Shown: positions 17,851 through 27,862 of the stretch, piece after piece
How positions within the stretch are numbered: position 1 is the first letter of the stretch
Layout of the letters: every line of letters starts with the position of its first letter
Source of the DNA: a virus
Reading direction: 5' to 3' (one strand)
Length of the DNA: 64,000 nt
IMG/VR virus record: IMGVR_UViG_3300042373_001362
Location: 64,001-128,000 of that record
The notes under the pieces: model-generated
Databases searched by the model: none
The model's input: the letters and a program-made list of their open reading frames with translations, nothing else
What the model was told of the DNA's origin: nothing
Program-made: the position numbers and the translations under genes

Positions 17851-19854
17851 ATGAATAACGAATCATGCTGTGACGATAGACAAACACATGTGACAAGAGT
17901 GATTCTTGGCGCATCTGTTGAAAGAAGCCGCCCAATGGTGGTTAAGTCTGCTATCGCAAAAACTGGCTTGATTGTTGACTACAAGGCTGCTGCCAACAGA
18001 AGCGGCACAACAAGGAATTTCTCTAAATCTAAAAGCGATGCAACTTCTGGCTATAGAGAAAAGTCGGCAGTGTTAAGCACCCTGACATCGCTGGCCATAC
18101 CTGGAGACATCTCTCCAATCAGGTCACCGATACGTTCAGCGGTGTACAGAACAATTACCCCAGGCAAACCTGGCTTTGGCGGCAGCGTGCCAACGAAGCC
18201 AAACAGGGGCTACAGATGCCCAGAGGGCTATCAGTATGGTGGAAGATTTACCGACTCTAGGCTTTCAACATGCGGAATGAAGTTGTTCGACATTCCTAGC
18301 CCGCTCGGAATGGCTCTTGCTGCTATCAGGCGTTCCGTGAGAAGGCCGAAACTTGATGGCATAACATCTGGTGTTCTTGGTGGTATTGCGCCACCAGGAG
18401 ACCCAACAGTAAGACGAGACCCGAACGTACAGATACCAAAAGTGTCTTCGTTTAATAAAGCTGCCTTCCTTGCTCAGATTAAAGAAATGATTAATGGGCT
18501 AAGTTCTACAAGCTCTCCAGCTGCACGAATGGTCCGTAGAGATGGGTTTGTTCTTCAGCCGGTTGTTCCAGCACGAGTTCTGCGTTCGATACCAGACAAC
18601 AGGGACATGGAGGGGGCCGCTTATTTAACTTCAGTCCTTAATCCTCGTGGATTTGGTAAAGACGAAGTTGGCTTGCTTTCAAATACTGGAGTAAATTCGG
18701 TTACTTTCGTTCTTCCAGGTGGTTCGACGATTTCTTTATCCAAAGCTCGTGACCTAACGGTTGGAGAGAGAAGAAAATTAGGCAAGACAATACGTACTGC
18801 CGAGTCAATGGCAACACCTAAAGACCCAACTGGAAACATGAAATACATTGCTGACCAGATGGGTGATGGTATTGCCTATTCAGAGTCGTTCGTTAACATT
18901 AAGAACCCAAATGAAATAGTCAACGGTAAGCCAAAGTGGATAACTTCTGTATTTTCTGAAGCCAACAGGCCGAAGAAACCAGAAGAATTTTCAGCCAGAG
19001 AAACGGTTAGTAGTTCTGCCATTGGTAAAAAAATAAACTCGCTGGATGCTGCCGTTGAGCACATTCTTGGCGGTGGAAGCCTGTCTCAGATATCTCCAGA
19101 TGTCTTGGCAAAAATCCTTGCTAGTAAAGAATTGGTAAAACTGCAAAAAATCAATAGCAGGCAATCAATGGTTGTCATAAACGGACAACAGTACATTCTT
19201 TACTCTCCTAAATCAGACTATGCGCACCTTGCCGAGAGGTTCGCTTCTGATGTTCAGCAGTATCTAAGTCTTGAATCTCCAGATGTTTTGCTCGTAGGAA
19301 AGCCTTCAGATAAAAGAAAGTATTTAGTTCAGGGCGTTGAGTCTGCTGTTCAGGGAGCAGTATTTAATCCCAACGCAAAAATGTCCGACTTCAAACCAGA
19401 AGACGTTGCAAAAATGATGGTTTCTGATTTCTTGACAGACCAAAGGGTAAGGGATTTGTCGTCAGTGCATGCCCTAACTACGGCAGATGGCGAAATACCG
19501 ATGTTTGCTCAAAACCCAACATCTGGATTGACCGAGTTGAGCAAGATAGAAATTACAAAACGAATGAAAATGTCTATAGCGGAATTCTATAATTCCGGCA
19601 CCCAAATAGACTATTCAGAGTATTACCAAGCTCTAAAGATAGAGCAGCAGCTTGCCTATAGAAGAATGATAGAGCAGCTGATAACGAGAGCTAAAAACTT
19701 TAAGGTTGCAGACATAAGAAGAAGATTGAAGACAGACGGGTTAAGTGCTGGTGAATTAGCTCACCTAGAGATAATCGAGAAAATATACACAGCAAGAATG
19801 AACGTTTTATCTTCAAGCAAAAAAATGCTCACCAACTACCTAAAGGGAATGTGA
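17851..19854 (+). CDS. Hypothetical virion protein with RCPEG..GGRFTD motif and a degenerate HipA/PI3-4-kinase-like C-terminus
   Basis: 667 aa. AERFAS.V...L.LESPDV and MVSDFLTDQRVRD resemble a degenerate kinase scaffold. Confidence 0.55.
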   Translation: MNNESCCDDRQTHVTRVILGASVERSRPMVVKSAIAKTGLIVDYKAAANRSGTTRNFSKSKSDATSGYREKSAVLSTLTSLAIPGDISPIRSPIRSAVYRTITPGKPGFGGSVPTKPNRGYRCPEGYQYGGRFTDSRLSTCGMKLFDIPSPLGMALAAIRRSVRRPKLDGITSGVLGGIAPPGDPTVRRDPNVQIPKVSSFNKAAFLAQIKEMINGLSSTSSPAARMVRRDGFVLQPVVPARVLRSIPDNRDMEGAAYLTSVLNPRGFGKDEVGLLSNTGVNSVTFVLPGGSTISLSKARDLTVGERRKLGKTIRTAESMATPKDPTGNMKYIADQMGDGIAYSESFVNIKNPNEIVNGKPKWITSVFSEANRPKKPEEFSARETVSSSAIGKKINSLDAAVEHILGGGSLSQISPDVLAKILASKELVKLQKINSRQSMVVINGQQYILYSPKSDYAHLAERFASDVQQYLSLESPDVLLVGKPSDKRKYLVQGVESAVQGAVFNPNAKMSDFKPEDVAKMMVSDFLTDQRVRDLSSVHALTTADGEIPMFAQNPTSGLTELSKIEITKRMKMSIAEFYNSGTQIDYSEYYQALKIEQQLAYRRMIEQLITRAKNFKVADIRRRLKTDGLSAGELAHLEIIEKIYTARMNVLSSSKKMLTNYLKGM

Positions 19855-20570
19855 TGCAGTTATTTTCTGTTGTTTATGACCCAAGTACGTCTTCTCCGTT
19901 TGGTCTAGTCGTTGAGGATGCAAGCGGAGAAAGGCATGCCTATGGTCTTTCTGAAGCTGGACGCTATTGGGAAAAATCTGGAAATACTTCTATCCCAGAA
20001 AGAATGATTACAACAGGTTTTGCTCCATATACAAAGTCCGCACAGGAGGCTCTATCTTTGGCAATAACTGGCGATGTCGTGGTATCTCTGTCAGAGATAA
20101 AAGAATATGTCAATCCTGAAATGGTTTACGCGGGAAGAACAATTAGAAAAAATACAAAGCAGCCTTCTGGTAGGACTTTTTCTATATCTAAATCTTATGG
20201 AAAATCAAAAGTTCAAATCGCTGAGTATTTAGCAGAAAAGTTTAAGTCATCCATAAAGCAGGCAACAGTAGTTTATGAAGTCAAATCTGCGAACATAGGC
20301 TTTAGCGAAAAGATAAATACACCTAAAACCGTAAGTTCTGAACCCGGCAAAGTATGGCTGGTTGATAGGGTTGGGTCGTTTCTGGGAAGAAGCGCTTCTC
20401 GTAGAATGGGTGAAAAAATAAACTCTTCTTATAGAGATAGTTACTCTGAAAATAACAGAATAAACAGAAGAGTAAAGTCTCTTATCGGAATTGAAGAAAT
20501 AGACCTAAGCCACTATCCAGTACCTGAAAGAATGAATATTTCTGGCATTGAGAGAACTAGGAGAATCTGA
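19851..20570 (+). CDS. Hypothetical protein
   Basis: 239 aa, overlapping both neighbours. Confidence 0.6.
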   Translation: MMQLFSVVYDPSTSSPFGLVVEDASGERHAYGLSEAGRYWEKSGNTSIPERMITTGFAPYTKSAQEALSLAITGDVVVSLSEIKEYVNPEMVYAGRTIRKNTKQPSGRTFSISKSYGKSKVQIAEYLAEKFKSSIKQATVVYEVKSANIGFSEKINTPKTVSSEPGKVWLVDRVGSFLGRSASRRMGEKINSSYRDSYSENNRINRRVKSLIGIEEIDLSHYPVPERMNISGIERTRRI

Positions 20571-21724
20571 TGACCAAGAAGCAAAGGTTCAGAGCTCCAA
20601 GGTTTGATAAGGCTGATGCCGAAAAGCTTGCAGCATCCATAGGATGTTCAGGAGCCCATCAGGATTCCGAAGGTAAATGGCTCCCCTGTGCATCAGAAGA
20701 AGAAATGCAGCGTCTTTCTAATGAGGCCGAACCAGAAAAAAAACCAGTTGGCTTTTATGACAAAAAAGAAGGAAAGCCAAAAAGAAAAAAGCGTGGGAAA
20801 AGAAAACGCTATGTAAATGATGAATGGGAAAATCTAAGGCAACGCGCACCTCTTGGTTTTGACAGTCTTCCAGGTGGTGGCATTGTGTCTGGAAATAACC
20901 CTCCGATTCCTGCAGTTGGAGAAACTGTTACAGCTTTTGGTGGTGGAACAATTCCTGGTATAACGAATACTGGAATCAAGTCTGCCCTTGGAGCATCTAT
21001 TGGAGAAAGAGCTGGTGGCAGTTCTTCTTCTGGAAGTGCGAGAGACGGTGTTGACAGAGATGGTGACGGAGTAATAAATGACGGCACAGAAGACGAGCGC
21101 CCATCTAAAAAGAAAAAACGAGACGAACGTCCAGTGCCTGGAGATGGAGTTGGTCCGCCAAAACCAAAGAACAGAGACGAAATGCCACCAGGGGGCAATG
21201 CTGGTCCGCCAAAACCCAAAAACAGAGATAGGCGTCCAGTGCCTGGAGATGGAGTTGGTCCGCCAAAACCAAAGAATCCTCGCCGCAGAGACACTCCGAT
21301 AAGGCCAATACCTAATGCTCCGTTGCAGGGTAGAGATACACCTGCGAGGCCAATACCAAATAGCCCAATTGACAGTAATCGCGATGAAGCGGCAAGGCCT
21401 TATAACAAGGGCAAGTCAGAGAGTGTAGAAGACGTCGAGACCAAAGCAAGACAGATGGTTGGTCCTGAGTACGTTAGAGACAATGACCCAGACGTGTTTA
21501 TAGACCCAGAGTCTGCAAGGTTTCGCTCTAGGCAGCTTGGGTGTATAGGAATTTCTAGAAGAATATCTAAAACAGGTAGAGCCGTGTGGATGCCTTGCAC
21601 AAACATGAGCGATTATTCAAGAGTTTCTGGCTCAACATCTCTCGGCAGAAGAGGCCAAAGAAGAGAGATGGAAAACACGGTTAGAACGATTGTGTCAAGA
21701 GAACTTAGAAAAAACAAGAAGTAA
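20570..21724 (+). CDS. Hypothetical protein with two GCxGxx...W(L/M)PC domains and Pro-rich repeats
   Basis: IGCSGAHQ..KWLPC and LGCIGIS..VWMPC; DRDGDGVINDGT; PVPGDGVGPPKPKN repeats. Confidence 0.65.
   Translation: MTKKQRFRAPRFDKADAEKLAASIGCSGAHQDSEGKWLPCASEEEMQRLSNEAEPEKKPVGFYDKKEGKPKRKKRGKRKRYVNDEWENLRQRAPLGFDSLPGGGIVSGNNPPIPAVGETVTAFGGGTIPGITNTGIKSALGASIGERAGGSSSSGSARDGVDRDGDGVINDGTEDERPSKKKKRDERPVPGDGVGPPKPKNRDEMPPGGNAGPPKPKNRDRRPVPGDGVGPPKPKNPRRRDTPIRPIPNAPLQGRDTPARPIPNSPIDSNRDEAARPYNKGKSESVEDVETKARQMVGPEYVRDNDPDVFIDPESARFRSRQLGCIGISRRISKTGRAVWMPCTNMSDYSRVSGSTSLGRRGQRREMENTVRTIVSRELRKNKK
21128..21276 (+). repeat. Three imperfect in-frame direct repeats encoding (RPV/MP)PG(D/G)xxGPPKPKN
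   Basis: CGTCCAGTGCCTGGAGATGGAGTTGGTCCGCCAAAACCAAAGAA occurs twice exactly, with one variant copy between. Confidence 0.85.
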
Positions 21725-21887
21725 CATTTTTATTGTTCGTATAAATATTTACGCACAATAGTTACTAAATATTGTTAGTTCCACTATTGATGGTAAATCT
21801 CTGTTATTTTTGATAGTTAAGGGCTGGGTGCTCACCTAAGTCGCAGTTAACCATCCATTATCAATCTCACAAAGAAGTAGGAAAATC

Positions 21888-23255
21888 ATGTCGGAAGACA
21901 CTTCAAGAATCAAGGAACTGCAGAGCGCACTCCGCGTCAAAATGGCAGACAACAAGGCTATCGCCGATTCATTCAGAATCGAAGATGGCGCTGTGGTCGT
22001 CTCTGCAGAGCAAAAGACTGCGTTCGATAAGAACATGCAGGACATCAAAGAAATCAAGAGCCTCATTGAGGGTCTTGAGACCATGGGCGGCGTAAGCAGC
22101 TGGTCATCTGAGCCACAGGAAACTGTTTCTGGTGCATTTGCAGCAGCACAGAATGACATCAAGCAACTTTCTTCACGCGAAATCAAGAGCATCGGTGAAA
22201 TGTTCCTCGACTCAGCAGAATTCAAGGCACTTAATGGTGGCAAGAATGGCGCAAACATGGCAGCAGCATGGCAGGCAGGCGTTTCGCTTACCGGCTTCAA
22301 CGTCAAGGACGTTTACTCAGCACTTCCAAGCGGCACAATGGGCCGTGGTGCAGACGCAGTATTCGGTTCAATTCAGCGCGATGCGCTGGTAACTCCTCCA
22401 ATGCGCACAAAGCGCGTTCGTGACTTGTTCCCAGTTCGCACCACAACCGCTGCAGTTATCGAATACTTCCGCCAAATCGGTTTCACGACCTTGGCAGCAC
22501 CTGGTGTTACCAACTCCACATATTCGACCAACAACGCTGCAGCTCCAGTTGCAGAGCGTGACGGCGGAGCATTCGGCATCAAGCCACAGTCAGCATTCCA
22601 GTTCGTCGGCGAGCAGTCGCCAGTGCGTACGCTTGCTCACTGGGAAGCTGCACACCGCAATGTTCTCGCAGACGAGCCACAGCTTCGTAGCATCATCGAC
22701 AACGAGTTGATGTACGGTCTTCGCCTCCTTGAAGACTCACAAATCCTCAACGGTGACGGTACCGGCGAAAACTTGCTCGGCGTTTTGAACACACCTGGCA
22801 TCCAGGAGTACGCATGGTCAGACGGCGCTGTATCTCCAGTTCCCGACACCAAGGCTGATGCACTTCGTCGCGCTGCAACTCTCTCGTTCCTCGCATACTA
22901 CGAGCCAACCGGCATCGTGTTGCACCCGAACGATTGGGAAGACATCGAATTGACCAAGGACTCACAAGGTCAGTACCTCATCGCAGTTTCGGTTGCAATG
23001 GGTGGCGAGCCAAAGGTTTGGCGCATGCCAATCGTGGACACTCCTGCAATGCAAGAGGGAACAGCTTTGGTTGGTGCTTTCGGTACCGGCGCTCAGTTGT
23101 ACGACCGCGAGCAAGCAAGCATCCGCATCTCAGAGCAGCACTCGGACTTCTTCGTGCGCAACGCAATTGTCATCTTGGCCGAGCAGCGCCTCGCCCTTGC
23201 TGTCAAGCGCCCAGAAGCATTCGTGACTGTCGACTTTGACGGTGCACCTAGCTGA
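21888..23255 (+). CDS. Major capsid protein, HK97 fold, with N-terminal delta domain
   Basis: RVRDLFPV, KPQS..F, VRTLAHW, D.PQL.S.ID.EL.YGL...ED.QILNGDGTGENL.G, IVLHPNDW..I.L.KD.QG.Y, F.RN.IVILAEQRLALAV.RPEAFV. Strongly optimised codon usage. Confidence 0.95.
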   Translation: MSEDTSRIKELQSALRVKMADNKAIADSFRIEDGAVVVSAEQKTAFDKNMQDIKEIKSLIEGLETMGGVSSWSSEPQETVSGAFAAAQNDIKQLSSREIKSIGEMFLDSAEFKALNGGKNGANMAAAWQAGVSLTGFNVKDVYSALPSGTMGRGADAVFGSIQRDALVTPPMRTKRVRDLFPVRTTTAAVIEYFRQIGFTTLAAPGVTNSTYSTNNAAAPVAERDGGAFGIKPQSAFQFVGEQSPVRTLAHWEAAHRNVLADEPQLRSIIDNELMYGLRLLEDSQILNGDGTGENLLGVLNTPGIQEYAWSDGAVSPVPDTKADALRRAATLSFLAYYEPTGIVLHPNDWEDIELTKDSQGQYLIAVSVAMGGEPKVWRMPIVDTPAMQEGTALVGAFGTGAQLYDREQASIRISEQHSDFFVRNAIVILAEQRLALAVKRPEAFVTVDFDGAPS

Positions 23256-23278
23256 TAGCTAGTTAATAGCAAAGATGT

Positions 23279-23315
23279 AAGCCCCCTGCAGAAATGTGGG
23301 GGGCTTCTTCTATTA
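23279..23315 (+). terminator. Intrinsic terminator after the capsid gene
   Basis: AAGCCCCCTGCA-GAAA-TGTGGGGGGCTT followed by a T-rich tract. Confidence 0.75.
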
Positions 23316-23354
23316 TTGGATGATGTAGAATATAAAAAACAAAAAGGTGCACCA

Positions 23355-24017
23355 ATGAACGAAGAAGAAATATTCGAAAGTCTTTTAAAGATTGAAAAAA
23401 ACATCGTCGTAAAAGATGATTTTTTTGATGTCGAATTTCCTGAGTGGGGTGAAGACTATTCAGATGAAGCGCTATTCGGTGATGGAATCTCTTCCAAGTC
23501 TGCAAAGCTAAAAGACCCCAAGGGTGGACTTACTGCGGCAGGAAGAAAGCACTTCAAGAGAACGCAGGGAGCAAACCTCAAGCCTGGAGTAAAAGGTGCT
23601 GCCGACACTCCCGAGAAGATGAGACGTAAGGGTTCTTTCCTTACCCGCTTCTTTACCAACCCATCTGGCCCAATGGTCGACGAAAAAGGAAGAGCAACGA
23701 GACTGGCTTTATCAGCAGCAGCGTGGGGCGAAAGAGTTCCCAAGAATGCAGAAGATGCAGCAGCACTTGCAGCAAAAGGTCGCAGACTTCTTGAAAGATA
23801 CGAAAATACAAAGAAAAAGAAAAAAGACGCTTTCGATGACGTTAAAACAAAGTCAAAGAAAAAGCCAGCATTCTGGGAGCAGCCTTCACCATCAAAAGGG
23901 AAGACTTCTAAGCTGACAGATTCTCAAAAGAAAAAAGCTAAAGCTCGTGCCAAGGCAGCCGGTCGTCCATATCCAAACCTTGTAGACAATGCATGGGCAG
24001 TTAAGCAGAAGCCATGA
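23355..24017 (+). CDS. Basic conserved phage protein (KDPKGGLTAAGR..F...GANLKP motif, DUF6321-like)
   Basis: Motif recognised; the C-terminus ends in AGRPYPNLVDNAWA. Confidence 0.6.
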   Translation: MNEEEIFESLLKIEKNIVVKDDFFDVEFPEWGEDYSDEALFGDGISSKSAKLKDPKGGLTAAGRKHFKRTQGANLKPGVKGAADTPEKMRRKGSFLTRFFTNPSGPMVDEKGRATRLALSAAAWGERVPKNAEDAAALAAKGRRLLERYENTKKKKKDAFDDVKTKSKKKPAFWEQPSPSKGKTSKLTDSQKKKAKARAKAAGRPYPNLVDNAWAVKQKP

Positions 24018-24424
24018 GTCAGAGATTTTGGTACGGAGCAACTGTCCTAAACGTCGTTGATGGTGACACTATTGACTTAATGATTGACCTTGGATTCAAT
24101 GTTCATCACAAAATCAGGGTGAGACTTTATGGAGTCAACACTCCAGAATCAAGAACAAAAGATTTGAAAGAAAAAGAGCTAGGTCTAAAGGCTAAGGAAT
24201 TTACAAAAGACTGGCTATCTAAGCATCAGTGGGTATACGTAAATACAATTCCCGACAAGAACGATAAGTACGGCCGTGTACTTGCAAAAATATACACAGA
24301 TGAAGAAATAGCGCGCCCAGAAGTAGCTTGCCTCAATGAAGACATTATTGAGTCTGGTTACGCTCGTCAGTACTTTGGCGTTGGCGATAAAACTTGGTCA
24401 GAATTCAAGAAGGAAACAAAATAG
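24014..24424 (+). CDS. Thermonuclease (SNase-like)
   Basis: VVDGDTIDL.IDLGF, RVRLYGVNTPE, DKYGRVLA, LNE..I..GYA. Confidence 0.9.
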   Translation: MSQRFWYGATVLNVVDGDTIDLMIDLGFNVHHKIRVRLYGVNTPESRTKDLKEKELGLKAKEFTKDWLSKHQWVYVNTIPDKNDKYGRVLAKIYTDEEIARPEVACLNEDIIESGYARQYFGVGDKTWSEFKKETK

Positions 24425-24426
24425 CC

Positions 24427-24792
24427 ATGTCTGAAGAAAAATCAATTATAGAACTCCTGATGGCTGGAATGCCTGTAAGAATTGTCAACAGGCCAGAGCC
24501 CCCAAAACACTTTCTTCAACCAGAAGAAAAAGAACTTGCTGAATCTTTAGTAAAGATTGCAGAAAAGTATGGAAAGTTCAACGAGGACGGAAAAGGCATC
24601 TGGGCTGGGTACAAGCCAGCATCCAGTAATCAAAAAGCCAGAATAGGCGTTAAGTGCGAAAACTGTGTCCTATACGCAGGCGGCGGGCAATGCCGCATAA
24701 TCCTTCAGACTGTTGAGCCTGAAGGAAAATGCAGATTTGCAGTTATCCCTGATGGCGTTGTTCAAGTAGCTATGGGTGGCCCGACTACTTAA
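24427..24792 (+). CDS. Hypothetical protein with a HiPIP-like Cys motif
   Basis: KCENCVLY....CRII...VEPEGKCRF. Confidence 0.55.
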   Translation: MSEEKSIIELLMAGMPVRIVNRPEPPKHFLQPEEKELAESLVKIAEKYGKFNEDGKGIWAGYKPASSNQKARIGVKCENCVLYAGGGQCRIILQTVEPEGKCRFAVIPDGVVQVAMGGPTT

Positions 24793-26710
24793 TCGGACAT
24801 GCGCCAGTAGCGCAGTCATCCATGTCCATTTCACCGATTCCCTTTGGAACGTAAAGAGGAACAGTGAAATCAACCTTGCTAAGAAGCTTTTCGTATGCTT
24901 CTTTTGTGATTTCCTCATATGGAGCCAAAGCAAAGTTGTGGTCCGAATGGAGAAGGAAAGATACGGACTTAACTGAGTTGTCGTAATTCTTCTCAAGCCA
25001 TTCTTTAATCAATGGAAGCTCTTCTTTGCGGTAATAGACGGTCACCGAAACAGCATTGTCTGCCCATTCAGTTTGCATCTTCTTTACCCACTCAAGCTGT
25101 TCTACTGCTGTCATGTCTTTTGCGAGAACCGCATTCTCTGGAGACTCACAGGGGAACTCAACCACGTAGCGAGTGTGGTCTTCGCGTCCATCAAGACCCA
25201 TGTCCCATTGAACTTTGTATCCACGCTTACGGCATGCCTCAACCAATGGGTCAGCAGAGCCAAAACGCACTCTACGGATGTAGTGGCGAGCATACGCTGG
25301 GTGAATTCCCGGAGCAATGCCAGGGAGAAGAGACAGGGTTCCAGAAGGCTGGACAGTAGTAAGCCTCACCGACTTAGGGAATGAGTTCTCCTTGGAGTAG
25401 GACTCGTCAAATTCTCTAAGATGCTTGTAAGCCTCATCAAGCCACGAAACTTGCTCTTCAGATGCTTGAAGCACTCCTGTGATTGACTGACCAAGACGAG
25501 CATTCTGACGAACGATTGCCGTGGTCTTCTCGTATGGGTAATTCATTCTGGTGATTTGCTTTTGAACCTTGTACAGAAGCGTGCTGATTTCCTTGAACTG
25601 CTTAAGCGACTCAATGTTCGGAAGGAATATTGTTGCCAAGTTGCAAGACTCGCCATCACCTAGCGCTATTTCTGCGCAAGGGTTAAATCCTTCGATTGAG
25701 TTATCCAGTCGCTTCTCTCCAAGACGGCCAGTGGTACGAGCCAAACGACGATTAAGAAGGCCGTATGGCTCTCCTGAGCCGTCATAGCCCTTCCACAGTT
25801 CGGACATAATCTCATCAAAATGGTCAGCGTAAATACTGTTGTTCGAGTTGGCTCTCCATGCAGGAACATTTCCCGATGCCCAGTTCTTTGCACGAAGGAA
25901 AAGAACGTCATCTGGGTCACCCATTGCTATTTGCGCCGACCGCCTAGACGAGCCGGAAACAACAATGCGACCAATAATGTTACAAATATCCAGAACATCA
26001 ATAGACCTCAATTTCTTTCCTGCGCGGTTCTCCAGAACCTTGCAGATGTCTTCAATACCGTCAACGAGCGCGCCAGGTCCGCTTGCTGTTCCACCAAACG
26101 TCTTGAGTGGTGCTCCAAATTCGCGAATCAAAATTGTGGAGTAAGAGAACGACTTGCCGGTATCAAAGTATGAACGAAGAACACTATGCAACAGGCGACG
26201 CCATCCTTGACGTGAGTCTGGAACAATGATGTCTGCATCGTTGCTGCGTTCGTGAGTGATTGATACACCGGTCTTTACTTTTGGAAGTTCGTGAATCTTG
26301 GAACGCTCTACAGAAAAACCAACGCCTCCACCAAGCATGAGGTAGTCAAACAAAAGCTCAAAGTCCTCAATCTTCTCAATGTTCGTGAAGTAACAGTTAT
26401 TAAGAGAAGTTGCGTTGTACTTTTCTACTAATGGCGTTCCGAGTTGCCATAAAGACCTGCCCGAAAAAGAACAACGCAAGTTAAAACAGTGGTCGAATAA
26501 AGTCTCAGCTTCATCTTTTGTGAACGGTACGCCAATGTCAATAGCACCATTAATAACACGCTGGAGTGTTTCTGCCCACGTCTCATTATCGCCATTCTCT
26601 TTCTGTCTGCTGTATGTACGAAGAAATACTATTTCTCCAAGACCGTTGAATCCCCAAGGGGCTTGTTTCATTGCGTAAGAGTCAACAAATGACTGTTCTA
26701 AGTGGCTCAT
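24785..26710 (-). CDS. nrdJ: Class II (B12-dependent) ribonucleotide reductase
   Basis: RTYSR, SGRSLWQLG, LNNCYF, LMLGGGVGFS, RRSAQ, FNPCAEI.L...ESCNL, TTVQPSGTLSL, C-terminal CATGACPIK. No small-subunit gene nearby. Confidence 0.9.
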   Translation of the reverse strand: MSHLEQSFVDSYAMKQAPWGFNGLGEIVFLRTYSRQKENGDNETWAETLQRVINGAIDIGVPFTKDEAETLFDHCFNLRCSFSGRSLWQLGTPLVEKYNATSLNNCYFTNIEKIEDFELLFDYLMLGGGVGFSVERSKIHELPKVKTGVSITHERSNDADIIVPDSRQGWRRLLHSVLRSYFDTGKSFSYSTILIREFGAPLKTFGGTASGPGALVDGIEDICKVLENRAGKKLRSIDVLDICNIIGRIVVSGSSRRSAQIAMGDPDDVLFLRAKNWASGNVPAWRANSNNSIYADHFDEIMSELWKGYDGSGEPYGLLNRRLARTTGRLGEKRLDNSIEGFNPCAEIALGDGESCNLATIFLPNIESLKQFKEISTLLYKVQKQITRMNYPYEKTTAIVRQNARLGQSITGVLQASEEQVSWLDEAYKHLREFDESYSKENSFPKSVRLTTVQPSGTLSLLPGIAPGIHPAYARHYIRRVRFGSADPLVEACRKRGYKVQWDMGLDGREDHTRYVVEFPCESPENAVLAKDMTAVEQLEWVKKMQTEWADNAVSVTVYYRKEELPLIKEWLEKNYDNSVKSVSFLLHSDHNFALAPYEEITKEAYEKLLSKVDFTVPLYVPKGIGEMDMDDCATGACPIK

Positions 26711-26791
26711 TTTCTTCCTGTTCATTTAGTCACCCATGGTGGTGGGAGTTACTATTGTAACCTACAGGAAAATACTAAAAGGGTCTACTAT

Positions 26792-27133
26792 CTACGGAAG
26801 TTTTGGTCTTTCAACCAAGCCAAGTTTTTCTGCTTCTCTAAACGGAATGTATTTACCTTTTCTGTGCAAAAGAACTTTTGCACGAGTGAAAGGTGTTATT
26901 TGTCTCTCTTCAAAAATGTCTTCTTCAACAAGAATTGTTTGTGTGTCAATGATTGTTTCACTTGAGCCTTGACCAAAAATAACTATTGGTGGACCGGAGT
27001 CTCCAGTGCAGTCCCCAGTTTCATGGCCACAAACAATGCATGGCTTTCTATCTGCTCCAAGAACTGTTACGTCGTTGAAAAGTCTACGAGTGCCGTCCCC
27101 ATTCATGTATGAATTTTCGTAGAACGCGCTCAT
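26792..27133 (-). CDS. Hypothetical protein (CxxC..HxxxxC)
   Basis: TATAAT lies just upstream of the ATG (leaderless). Confidence 0.6.
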   Translation of the reverse strand: MSAFYENSYMNGDGTRRLFNDVTVLGADRKPCIVCGHETGDCTGDSGPPIVIFGQGSSETIIDTQTILVEEDIFEERQITPFTRAKVLLHRKGKYIPFREAEKLGLVERPKLP

Positions 27134-27147
27134 GACCAATTATACCA

Positions 27148-27783
27148 TTAAGGCAGTTCTTGAATGTAAAACCCGTTGCTATCTATCGCATCACGTAATT
27201 CCGTGTAGGCCTCATCTGGGAGCTCTTCGGTAGAGATGGGTTCGGCCAGTGCCTTGCGAAGCATTTTGGGAAAGCTTGAATTTCTCAACACTTTATCTGC
27301 GCTTCCAGGATAGGTTAGAATTTCTCCCCACTCTATTTCATTGTTTTGTAAATATTTATAGGGGACAGCGACAAGGTCGCTTAGCATTTTGTCGCCAACT
27401 ATTGACGCATGGGCTACGGTTATGCACTCCTGGACGTCTTCTTTATTATCGGCATAGGCTTTGGCTAGGTCTAGACCTTTGGTTTTTCGCGAATCGGTGG
27501 AGCAAAAGCCCTCGGCAACCATAGTTATGTCGGTTACCCCCCAGTACCTTCTCAGGGCAGTACACAGATGGCCAGACCTGGTTAGCCTTTCGGCGTGCTC
27601 TAGGTCCATTATGGGCTTCTTCATTTGACAGATTATGACAAGAGTGTCCCTGTCCCATCCCATGAAGTTAAAAGTAAGGTCTTCCCCTACTCCAAACTCC
27701 TTGACAGACATTTTCTTAGCCAATTGAGCAGAAGTTATCGACAGGGCGATTTTGCTAAAATTATTGTCGTAACTTGATTCCAC
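27148..27783 (-). CDS. Hypothetical protein
   Basis: 211 aa ORF. Confidence 0.65.
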   Translation of the reverse strand: MESSYDNNFSKIALSITSAQLAKKMSVKEFGVGEDLTFNFMGWDRDTLVIICQMKKPIMDLEHAERLTRSGHLCTALRRYWGVTDITMVAEGFCSTDSRKTKGLDLAKAYADNKEDVQECITVAHASIVGDKMLSDLVAVPYKYLQNNEIEWGEILTYPGSADKVLRNSSFPKMLRKALAEPISTEELPDEAYTELRDAIDSNGFYIQELP

Positions 27784-27862
27784 AGGGCAATAATAATCAC
27801 AAATTGGTCGTTCCTAGGGGTACTTCCACCGCAGGCCCGCCACATTCGCTATTATGTCCCCT

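Noticed and set aside
24785-26710. Intein or intron in the ribonucleotide reductase
   Set aside because: The ORF is continuous, of normal length (~640 aa), and has no splicing or homing-endonuclease motifs.
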